The notes under the pieces are model-generated. The model did no database searches. It saw only the letters and a program-made list of their open reading frames with translations, and was not told where the DNA came from. A DNA stretch of 60,324 nucleotides, filler included. It is 3 parts of 3 records of this genome, joined end to end, with 100 filler letters (N's around TTAATTAATTAA, not from the genome) between each part and the next. Parts side by side here need not be neighbours in the genome. Positions count along the whole stretch, not along the records: positions 1 to 28,519 come from DRR378314_198; 2 more parts are not named here. One strand, 5' to 3'. Of this stretch, positions 12,201 through 22,777 are shown in pieces; position 1 is the first letter of the stretch; each line of letters starts with the position of its first letter. The translations under genes and the position numbers were made by a program.

Positions 12201-14957
12201 ATTGAATTTACAAGCCCTTCGATCATCTGAAGCTACGTCGTACCGCTTTCCGAGAAGCTGGAGGAAACCGTAGAGCAGCAAATTTCGACGCGCAACAGGT
12301 CCCACAGACTCTGACTTTCCAGGAAAAACAGGGGCTCGGCTGCACCATACATCCAGCAACACGTACACATGGGTTAGGACGTACGACACAGTTGCAAGTG
12401 AAGCGCATGCACGATAGAGGGGCCAGTGCAAAAGAGGGATGAGCTGGAGTGCACTACTTCGTCGAAGCAAGAGACCATAACGCTTGCACTGGCGGATATC
12501 CCTTTCGCTTCCCTCGCTCGAATCACGGAGGAATAATGTCATTCACGATTCAAAGCATGCAACGCAGCTATGCAGGATTACGTCTTGGAAGCATACGTTT
12601 ATCTCGATTGGCGGAAACGTCATCGACTTTCACCCACACGTACTGCCTCTCCCATTCGTGTTCGGCAAACGTTCCAAAATATACCAGCAGGACATCCAAG
12701 TCCACATCAAATACTGCAGCCACTGCGCTGCTGTAAGGACGAGAGCTGTACGGTGCAAAGTCTAACCATAACCATACTATTCATCTGCCGCGGCCACAGA
12801 CTTGTCAACAGGCTCAACGCACCTGGTTCAGACGCGGGCGCTCCCTTGGCACCTTTGGCTCGTGGAGGAGCACTTGCAGTCTTTGGCGTCCATGCCTACA
12901 AACCGCCCCGAAACAATCATTAGCATGTACATGAAAATGGTACATCAGGGAAGTAAAGAGGGGAACGATTTCCCCGCTTTTCTCGAAGCACTCAATGAAA
13001 TTTCATTGCGAGCGGGGAACCACGCACGCCACTGCCATAACAGGTTTCGCGACGCATCTCGTGAGCGAGGTTCACAGCATCACAAGTCGAAACGTAAGGC
13101 ACACGTAGCCGACACACATTGCCCCCAAGCAATACGAAGACTGTATATTGAATATGTATACAAGGCATGCAAGACATACTTCAGAAATGAGGTTCTCCTG
13201 AAGCGCTTTCGCCCACAAGGCCACGGCCGACGATTCCGCGGACGAGCCTCCTTCGCGCTTCACCGCAACAGGAGCAGAAGCTGACCCAGTACGTCGCCTC
13301 TTAGTGGAAGGCTCTGGCGCTGTGAAGCGGTACACACGCGGAGAACAGGGCGTCAGAGATGATCCTTGGATTTGAACACTTGAAAGACGATGGGCGAAAG
13401 AAATAGGACAAGGTAAGATCCAGGTGAAATGCCCTTTCTAAAGCGCACAGAGGCGAGCACAACAGAATCCGAAGCAACGGCGCCAAGCAGCACGACGTCC
13501 GTATCGCGAACTTTCTGAAGTCCCCCTTTCGGTGTAGAAAGAGAAAATAATCAAAATTGACACCTCAGAATTGTTTTATCTTATCGTTTTGTACAGTAAA
13601 TAGCTCTCTTGTGCAAGGATGCGCAAGCAACCGTACTTTCTGCATTGGGGGCCTGGCTGCTCTCGGTTGCCAGCAGCGCGATGACGCGCGAGCGCGGAAG
13701 CCGTCCGTGCTCCACGAAGAGCATCAGTAGGTCGGCAACTCCCTGGCCAAAGCGCTTTGCAGCGCAAAAAAGAAACTTGGCATACAAGATGCGATCCAAT
13801 GCAGCCTGTGATATGTTGGAAGCAAGATGTAGAAGAAATGAGCGCGGGCAGCTTGCGACGTCCAACAAGGATATCCTCGTAGCCGCAACTGGATTGAGCA
13901 CAACAACGCGAAGCACACGCCATCGGTCTCACTACCTGCATACACGAGTTCGGGCAGTAGCATCGCTCGTCGTACAATTTTCACACCACAGAGCATTACG
14001 CATGACTCAATCCATCTCATCACTATCTTACCTGCGGATGAAGCACGAAGCGCGGCGGCGGTGCCGGCGCATCGCTCGCGCTGCCGGTGTCGTCGACTCG
14101 CTTTTCCCGAACCATATCGAACTGCAGCAAGACGACGAGCGCCTAGCAGCAGCGCAGCCAAGGACGCAGACCGAGCGCAAAGGAACCGCGGCCATACCAC
14201 ATGAGCACCCCTTTCGCCCCAGCGGATCGATAATCTTACACATTCGTGTTGTTCAAATCAGTATTGTGGAGATGTTACAGATTAGATGGCTATTTCCACC
14301 TGCAAACTAAGCCTCCCGCCCCCGCGCCGCGCGCGGCACCGGCGGCGTCGGAAGCTGCGACGGCGGCAGCAGCAACCAACAAACAAGAGCCGCGACTGCC
14401 GTGCATCACAGGGAGGCCGTGTTCAAGGATCAACAGAATGCGTAAACGTACTGCGCGTACAGCATCCTCTGAATGATCCTGAACACCAAGGACGATGCCG
14501 GAAAGCGGAAGCGTGCCCAGGGCATTAAGCGTTTCCGCAACGGCCTGGAACGAGCGCACGCGCCAACGCACACCGGAGAGCACGCAGGTTCTCAGCGCGA
14601 GTCAGAAGGGTGACCCCTCGGCACGCTCCACCCCGCCAGTCACAAACGCAGATAGTCCCGCGCCCCACATCGCAGCCGTAAGCTGTTCGAAATGGCTGAG
14701 CTTGCGCCGGCACTCCGTCTATCGGCACGACCATGCCGGGCTGAGCTCCCAGGGAATGCGGTCGCTGCTCCCTTGCTGCAGAGCGCAGCGGAAAGGCGCC
14801 GCGAGCGCCGAGTTTCATCCAGCACCGGGCGCCCGCTGCCTCCGCGCGGATCCTCTCCCTGTCCCCAACACACCCTCGCAACCTCGCCAAAATCTTCCTC
14901 GATCACATCAAGCGCCACCGCAACGCCCCGCGTTGAGACTACTTCGTCTGGGCGCAT
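9254..14957 (-). CDS. POLR3C: DNA-directed RNA polymerase III subunit RPC3 (RPC62/RPC82), multi-exon
   Basis: Exon 1 (14957-14874) reads MRPDEVVSTRGVAVALDVIEEDFGEVAR|gtgtgt. Later exons read ALLVLLQFDMV, RFGQGVADLLMLFVEHGRL, RFGAIGVRIFRLLTEGQKLDQRMIHDRAMAPVKKVRELLYK|MLAARVVEMHEIPKGPERVANKCLYYW, and the coiled C-terminus LTRLRRRTDVLEEETERLMELIGLLRGL*. These match RPC3 motif order. Confidence 0.85.
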
Positions 14958-15470
14958 CGTACAAAGGAGCGCGACGCCGCGACTTTCCGCAGCGAGGCGC
15001 GACGCTGCGAGGGAAGGGCTCTTGCCTGCGCGACGGGCGTCGCTGCCTTGCGGGGCAAAAGATACTTCATTCCTGCTCAACCCTCATCTCAACACGCGCG
15101 CCAGCTGCTGCCCTGGCGCCGCCACACGCCATTTCGTAGACCCCCCCTGCACGCTTGCGGACGATGCGCATCTTGCCACCGCAGCGATTCTCGGCGATCA
15201 ACGTTAATAGCATCCGTGTAGAGAAACCCCGAATTCTACAGGGAAGCTCTGGTGGCACTATGCAAGGCGGGTGCAGCCAGCTGCCTTTGGCAGCACAAGA
15301 ACGCTGGGGAACAGCGCAGCACACCGGCGTGGCCAGACCGCAGGAATGTTTCCCAGTCTCAAGGTCAAGATCACCAACCTTGGCAGCAGCGCTATCCGCA
15401 CTGATACCTCCATGTATTTGATACGAGCTAAATTTGTCCCAAAATCCGCGAGAAGCCGCGCAAGCTGCAT

Positions 15471-17217
15471 CTACTCGCCAGAGATTGCAGTGCCTCGCTG
15501 CACCCACAATCCTGCAGGAGGCTCCGGACGTGATAGGAGCTGCTTCCACTGGCCGTGGAGCTCCGACACGACGTCCACACTTGCGCTCTGTCGATTACAA
15601 AGATGATAGATACACAAGGCAACGGCCAGTCCAGTAATTGATCAGAATGAATCACAAACACGAAGTGTGCGGGAGGTGTGTGACACTCGCGTCATCGGCA
15701 GGGCACGATGATCCGCGGACGGACAGTCCGCACGAGCGCGCCGCAGGATCGAGAAAAACCGCTTGCACACTCGCGATCTGCGCGCGCACGTACCATAGGG
15801 AGCAGTGCGCCATTGTAGGCATACTCGTTCTCCGCCTTACCCTGCGACAAACCCGCAAACATGAACCATGTCAGACATGACACTTTTCAGAATTACACTT
15901 CGCTACACCTTCGACGTTGCTAACCACGGGCTGAAATAGATATGCACTTTCCCTGCTCGCACCTCTGCAGTCTTGTACAATCGGAACCACGACCGAACGC
16001 GCTCAATATCATCGGCAAACCATCGTCGGATGTCCGCATCACTCGTGATGAGCATTGCGCGCGGGTCTGATTCTCGGATCGCAAGGACCTTCCAGTCCAT
16101 CTGCAGGGCAAGAGAAGCGCAAATGGACGTAAGAAAGCGGAAAGGAGCCGCGAACAGACAGCAATGTAGCACGGAATGCAGCTTCCGCATCCATACAGCT
16201 ACGCCCGTACCTCGCCGGAATCAATGAGCGCCAGAGCACCGAGCATTCGTACACGAAGAATCTCGCCTACTCCAACAGGCGTATCGCCAAGCTCTACAAC
16301 ATCCAACGGATCATTATCCCCTGGAAACTGCACAGCAGAAAGAGAACAGCGAAGCAAGGAACCATGACCGCACGCCGGAGGAACCACAACACAAAATAAA
16401 AGTGCCGCTGCGCTTGGGCGCCCCAAGAAACTGTGCGAAAATCGTGCGTAGATTCCAGGGCTTGCCCGGCCTTACCGAGTTCCTCTTCCTGCTTCGCACC
16501 TTGTTTCCATCTACAAGAACTTCCGGATCTTCCCACGTCTGTGGAGCGCATCCATAGTTGAATGGTGAATCGCCGTACGCGTAAAAGCGAAGCCTTGCAA
16601 AGCGAAACCCCGAGCGCACACGAACAGCACCGCTGCGCCTTGAGCACAAGGCGGAGAGAGAAGGGACGAAACGGCGACTGCGTAAAGTAATCGAGGCGTC
16701 AAATATACGCCATACGCGCACAAGAGAATACAGCTGTAATCTGATGGCATACTGCCACAATTAAAGAGCCATCACAAAAACAGAGCTCACTTCCGTAGAC
16801 AGAGCGCATTGGAAGAACGCGCACCGCGCTCTTCCACGCACACGCGTCAGGCCAAAGGCAGCACAAAGCACTGGAGCGAAACACGAATACATACTTTCCC
16901 TTTTTCCGGTCCTGCCAAATAGGATTGCCTTCCTCTCCCGTCGCAATTTCCATTTTCGCACGAGTGTGGAGTGGAATTTCGTTCACAAAAGTTACCGCGA
17001 TATCGGAAGACGAAAGCTGCAAAGGAAGCTCGTGCCAGGCAGAAGATTCCGCGCCGGACGCATCGAAAAACCGGAAACGACGCTCGCCTGCTGCTTCCTC
17101 GCCGCCGCAGTCTTCGACGCTCCATCCGTTCTCGCACGTGGCAAGGCGAGAATGACAACGACGGGACCGTAGGCAATGTTGGCGCAAGGCGCTCATCCGA
17201 TTGCGTAGAGCGTTCAT
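15471..17217 (-). CDS. Family I soluble inorganic pyrophosphatase, eukaryotic type, probably mitochondrial; multi-exon
   Basis: Exons give WHELPL...EIPLHTRAKMEIAT...NPIWQDRKKGK|LRFY...NYGCAPQTWEDP|GDNDPLDVVELG...LGALALIDSGE|MDWKVLAI...WFRLYKTAE|GKAENEY|...ELHGQWKQLL...SGE*. The N-terminus is Arg/Ser-rich and acid-free. Confidence 0.93.
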
Positions 17218-17747
17218 TCTGAGTAAGAAATACGGCGTGAGCACCACACTACAAAAGTGCGCCGTCGATGGCAGAGGATGTACGCGCGCAGCAGCGCTCG
17301 CTGCACGCGCCCGACTGCCCACAGAGGTCCCGCCAGCGCACAGCACTTTCCCAAGTATTCCCCGATACTTCTCACGTCTGCTCGGCGCGGCACAGGAGCA
17401 CGCCGCTGACGTTCTCCTCCTAAAACGACCAAGTTGGCGCTAGAAAGGAGATGTTCCCTCGCAGAGCCATCAACGGAAAACATCAAACTCTGTGAAAGAA
17501 AATGGAAACCAAGCAAATGCAGGCAGTACAATCAAGAGCACGCTTGGGGCGCTGACCAAGACCCAACGAACGATACGTCGTGCGGTGCTCTGCGGGGCAC
17601 TCGAGTTGCACTGACGCACAAAAGCGCTCTTTTTTAGGGTAAATAAAGAAAGCCGAGACATGCTGTGACGCGCGGTCCAAGTGCCTCGACCGCCGAGCGC
17701 GCTCCACGTAGACTTGCCGCACTGAGCGCGCGCCGTCACTTGCCGCA

Positions 17748-20384
17748 ATGCTCGTGCGCCAGATTCTTCGCCCACGCCTGCTCGTCGGAGCACGAACGCT
17801 TGGTACGTCAGAAACGCGGGGCGACGCATAGCTGTCCGCTAAGTGCACGCCGTTTGGCTCTTGCACCCGCGCCACCTACACGCTGCTCTGTGCGCTGAGG
17901 TTCGCTTGCTGTCGCCGCCCGTCGAACGTGCAGGCGTTCGGAACGCGTCGACAATTTCGCAAGCGCGAGATACGGAGGACGATGCAGTCCTTGTAGTCAC
18001 TCTGAACGATCCAGATCGTCTGAACGCGCTGACGGTAAGCCTCTAATGCTCGCAGCTTCTTTCGTTCTTGGAAAGAAGCTGCGCGCGCGCAGTGCTTTCG
18101 CACCTACAACCACTTCACACAGCTCCCTCCGGTTCTCGCCGGGGCTGCGCTATGATACGCAGGTGTAACCTGCTCGTATGCGCGCGTCCTCTGTTTCTGT
18201 ATCATTCATTCGGTTGTCTCAACCAACAAACATATTTGCATCGAACAGTGCTGCCATTCAATCCTGACTTGGCGCTGCCGATCGTGCGGTGCGACGCGGC
18301 GTGCAGGAAACCATGGGCGAGCAGTTGCTCAGCGACGTGGTGTCGCCCCTGCGCGACGACACGTCCGTGCGAGCGGTGGTGCTCACCGGCGCGGGCAGGG
18401 CATTCAGGTGCGCGACGTATAGAGGTGTATGGGCGCACTATTCCAATGCTCCCGATGTGCGGTATTTCATCGCGAGCATTTTATCGATTCGCAGGTTCTG
18501 GCAAGTGCAGGGCGCCATTTCGCCGGACGCGCAGCTGCGGCTAGCGCGTAAGCCGGCTGCGCCGTTGTGCTCGCCGCGCGCGTTGGGCTTCTCTCTCGAG
18601 CGGGTGCCCTGGTGCAGCGATTTACGCCAACACGTCGATGAATCTAACGAGCAACGGCGTCGACCTCGCTGTAGTAAATGAGAATAGTTGCGCAGTCGTA
18701 CGTGTGGATTTCCTGTGCTTGCAGAAAGACTGCACTTCATTGTGTCTCTGCAGCAACAGCGGCAACGTAATCTTGCTTACCCACGGTTGCCACTGTGGTC
18801 GCAAGCTCATCACTCCTCGGCGTTCTCTCAACTCTGGTATGCTTCTCGTGTATGCGCTTCTGGCCTTTTTGTTATATCCTGCCTGAAGTGCCGGAGGAGA
18901 CCTCGGCTTTCTGGACGAGAGAACGCGGGACGACCCCTTCCGTAACGCTGAGAAGATGCGGCGCTTCTACCAGCGGTTCTTGTCGATCCGCGAGATTCCA
19001 GTCCCGGTCATTGCCGCAGTGAACGGACACGCGATTGGCGCCGGAGCCTGCCTAGCTATGGCGTGCGATCTCCGGTACGCCGCTGCACCCCGGTCCACTG
19101 CGCCGCGCGCCTCCAGAAACAATTCATGCTACAAACGATAGGATAAGGTCTCTTGACGCAAGAATTAGAAGCGAGCGTGTGGACAATCGCCCCTGTTTTT
19201 GATTCTTTCTCGGGAAGAGGACATCTGTCCGCGCCCTTGCCTGAAAAAATCAAGTGCTGCTCATGTGACGTACAGGCAGAGCGTTTCGCGAGCGATGCAG
19301 GCTCTTAGAGTTGTGCAACGTTGTGGTACTATTCCTCAGTATATTCGCCGTACTTACTTGATATACTTATAGAGTGAGAAGCTCGCTACATTCCTATTTT
19401 GTCTCTTGATATTGATCCCTTTTGTTGGCCGGTTTCGTGCGCACGACAGCATTATAGCAGAGGAAGCAAAGTTCGGGTTCACGTTCGTCGGGCTTGGACT
19501 CCATCCCGGAATGGGTGCTACGCATTTTGTTCCGCGCGCCGTCGGGCCGCAGATTGCCTCGAAGCTTCTTCTCACAGGTGCGTCGGACTGCCTGTCACAT
19601 TGAATCGTAATGCCCCTTTTTTCCGTGTTCTTTTCTCTGTCCCGTTTCCACGTGTGCTCGGCCACGGCGGGCATGTTCCGCAAGTCCCTCCTCAGGTCCT
19701 CCAGATTTTCGCGAGTGTAACTCCGCTTGCCCACAAAATCATCCTGCCTCAATGTGCATCATCGTCATTGAACATGTTGTGGTAATTGCTGTTCGCGCTT
19801 TTGCTATGTAACGATTATTCTTTCTGTACAGGTGAGACGGTCAACGGCGCAGAGGCGGTTTCCCTTGGTCTGGCGGCGGAGTCCACGCAGTCGGGGAAGC
19901 AAGCGTACGAGCGGGCCTTGCAACTCGCGCGCAAGATTGCCAATGGCTCGCAAACCGCTGTGCGAACCACCGTACGCTCGCTTCGGCTAGCACAAGAGGT
20001 ATGTTATGTGCACCACAGCTCTTATTCTTACCGTTTGTTTGCTGTGCTCGTGAAGGAAGACCCTGGCGCTTTCGTCTTCGTGCCGAGTGGATGGCTCGCT
20101 GCTGTTCCGTTGCTTCGAAGTTCTCGCAGTAGGCGGAGATACCATGATCCCGTATCTGCACCTTTCTTCGAGGAATGAATTGAACGTTAACAATATCATA
20201 CTTATTCTCCCTTTCATTCAACTGTTGTTTTCTATGCTGGCGCTATGCGTGTGCGCAGAGCGAGCTTGAGCGAGCTTTATGGCGAGAGGCAGACGCGCAG
20301 GCGGAGTGCTATGCCCATCCAGATATGCGTGAGGGAATAGCAGCGATCACATCGCGCCGCGCACCGAACTTCCGCGAATCGTGA
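17748..20384 (+). CDS. Enoyl-CoA hydratase/isomerase (crotonase) family protein, probably mitochondrial; 7 exons
   Basis: [19 protein letters not shown]...[13 protein letters not shown]|...[16 protein letters not shown]...[24 protein letters not shown]|...[13 protein letters not shown]...LLLTG|E...|...EADAQA...[20 protein letters not shown]. All joins are GT-AG and in phase. Confidence 0.93.
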
Positions 20385-20781
20385 GCAACGCAAAGAACCT
20401 CGACCATGGCGACGATTTCCAAAAGAAACCACTGCACATCCATAGAGTAAAGGACCGCCAGCCGCAAGGTATCACGTATAACCCACAGAATACAAAGAGC
20501 ACACGTCCCAACGCACGCGTCGAATATTCGGGCACGAGTTTCCTCAGGACATTCAAGGCGGAGAGAAGATAATCATAATCTTTGCGCCCATCAACCCTGC
20601 AGTTTCGACTGCTTCGCATACCGACATTGCATTGTGGAAACTGGCCCTCTCTTGCGTCCCGAAACGTCAAAGTGTCCATAAACTTAAGAATAGCTGCCCA
20701 CAGTTCAGGCAATAGCATTTGTACGCGCCAGCGCGCTCCTACAAAGGACTAGGGTTGGGAAGACGAATGCGAAAAAAAAAT

Positions 20782-20854
20782 AGCCACCACCCGGATTCGA
20801 ACCGGGGTTACTGGATTCAAAGTCCAGTGTCATAAACCCCTAGACCATGGCGGC
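20782..20854 (-). tRNA. tRNA-Gln(TTG)
   Basis: Reverse complement reads GCCGCCA TG GTCTAGGGGTTTATGAC A CTGGA CTTTGAA TCCAG TAAC CCCGG TTCGAAT CCGGG TGGTGGC T, followed by T9 (A run at 20772-20780 on +). Confidence 0.93.
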
Positions 20855-21286
20855 CACACAAACATAATGTATTTCGAAAGCGAAAAATATGTATATAAAC
20901 CCGTTTTACCGAGTTGGGCATCAACACAAAGAGGCAGCCTTCCCAAATAGAAACACAGTATACGCACACCAAAAAGGCGCTCGTAGGAGGGCATGAGATG
21001 CTTTCATCTGCTGTGAAGTCTTCAATACAAATGAGAGAGTTTTCCATTTTTTTCTCATTGATTCTTTTCACAAAGCCGAAGATATGCAGAAGTGAAGTCT
21101 TGCTGAATGACAGTAGCGCCCACTGTCCATATTGTGCACCAGCCTTGCAGCTCGACGGGTGCTGCACCCTGCGCAAGCATTGCGCCACACTTGGCATGTA
21201 TCCCTAAAATACCGCATGCTGATACAGCGAACACGTGTATTCACATTGATTTCTAGCTGAATAGTGTATGAAGGTGCGATCAGGGC

Positions 21287-22777
21287 TCATGAAAGTTCCA
21301 GATGCTCAAGAAAATGCGGAACTCGCAGCCCGTGTTGGCCCAAGTACGCTTTGAAACTTTTGGAGCAGTAGAGCGCCCGCAAGCTGCTCTGTGTGCTGGT
21401 GTCCGCTTCGTGCGCAAACGTGGCAAGCTGCACACCCTTGCCCTGTGCGATGCTGTTCTCTCGTTCGTTTCCACATTCGATACTGTCCAGTCGTGGCTTC
21501 TCCAACGGGAAGGACGAATCGAGAAACAGTGATGCCGAATGGCTGCCGCGCAAAATGTCCCTGCGGAGCGAGGGAATATCAATCCACGACTGCGGCGAAT
21601 CATCACTGCCCACCCGCCAGTATTTCGGCGGTATATACCAGCATCCGTACCGATGCCGCACCGAAGGTATGCGCCCTGACTGCACTGCTGAGTTTACATT
21701 TTGCTCTTTCTGGGAAAATTGTAGGCGAGGAAGCCGTAGCTGGCAGCGCTTTCTTCGCTTGGCCCGCGAGGAATCCGATGGAGTGCTAGTTGCGATGGAG
21801 TCGACTCGCGAATCGCTGGGCCCCGCAAGCCGGCCTTTTGAAATACTGCATGCAGACAGATTTTCCGCTTCGTCCGCAGACTGAGTGTTTGAGACCGTAT
21901 CTCTAGACATGACCGAAGAAAGAGCACTGTCAGATGAACCCTGAGCCCCGGAGCTCTCCGAGCGCACCGAGACTTCGGTCGCAGTTGGACAAGCAAGGAG
22001 CTCTGCAAGAACCGCTTTGCTGAGCCCCTGAGCTTCGCAAACATCCGAGCGACTCTGCCACACCACCACAGGATCTTCTTCTCGCACGATTTCTCCACTT
22101 GCTATAAACTTCAAATCAGCAACTTTCTCTGCTGTGTTGCGCGAGTTTTCTTGATCATCATGGCGCGTACTTGCGATAGAAGGGTTAGTATCATGTGCAA
22201 AATTTTCCCGAGACGATACGTGGGGGTTGGCGGCATGGCGGATTGCAGTCCTCCTTGGGCTTGCCTTGCGAACGCGATCCACGATCGCGGGAAGTACAAG
22301 ACCGAGGCTCGGATCATCCAAACGAGTTTTCTCCTGCCAACGAGCATTTTTTCGTCGCGCTGCCGCAACGTAGTTACACTTGAAGGTTGTATCGAACTGG
22401 GGACCGGCTCGCCCTGGCTGGACGCGACCTCGCTGCGAACTGGGGTTCGCCGAAACGCCCGCGCCACCATGCTCTGTAACCATTCCTGTACCCGCTTCTC
22501 CTTCCGAATATCTTTTTTTCCGGTTAGAGGTCTTAAGATTCACAATCGCATCATGTAACATGTCAGGGTCGTCAAAATCCACGCTTGCAACCCACCAGTC
22601 AGTGCTCGCCTGGCTCCATTCGTCCGAGACAAAAATCCGAGGAGCGGTAGCACAGTTCGAGCCGGGCTCGAACGCTTCGACCTTTGCAATTGAGTCTTTC
22701 TCAGCCTTATTCTTGAACACACGCTTCCAAAGCTGTCTGCCAGACCTTTCCTTTTGTAGCAAATGTACAACCTGCAC
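21287..22777 (-). CDS. Large terminal exon of an unknown protein; upstream exons probably extend to ~25-26 kb
   Basis: 496-codon open frame beginning at a gcag acceptor. The middle is Ser-rich and disordered; the C-terminus has motif-like segments RYGCWYIPPKYW and LYCSKSFKAYLGQHGLRVPHFL. Confidence 0.65.
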   Translation of the reverse strand: MQVVHLLQKERSGRQLWKRVFKNKAEKDSIAKVEAFEPGSNCATAPRIFVSDEWSQASTDWWVASVDFDDPDMLHDAIVNLKTSNRKKRYSEGEAGTGMVTEHGGAGVSANPSSQRGRVQPGRAGPQFDTTFKCNYVAAARRKNARWQEKTRLDDPSLGLVLPAIVDRVRKASPRRTAIRHAANPHVSSRENFAHDTNPSIASTRHDDQENSRNTAEKVADLKFIASGEIVREEDPVVVWQSRSDVCEAQGLSKAVLAELLACPTATEVSVRSESSGAQGSSDSALSSVMSRDTVSNTQSADEAENLSACSISKGRLAGPSDSRVDSIATSTPSDSSRAKRRKRCQLRLPRLQFSQKEQNVNSAVQSGRIPSVRHRYGCWYIPPKYWRVGSDDSPQSWIDIPSLRRDILRGSHSASLFLDSSFPLEKPRLDSIECGNERENSIAQGKGVQLATFAHEADTSTQSSLRALYCSKSFKAYLGQHGLRVPHFLEHLELS

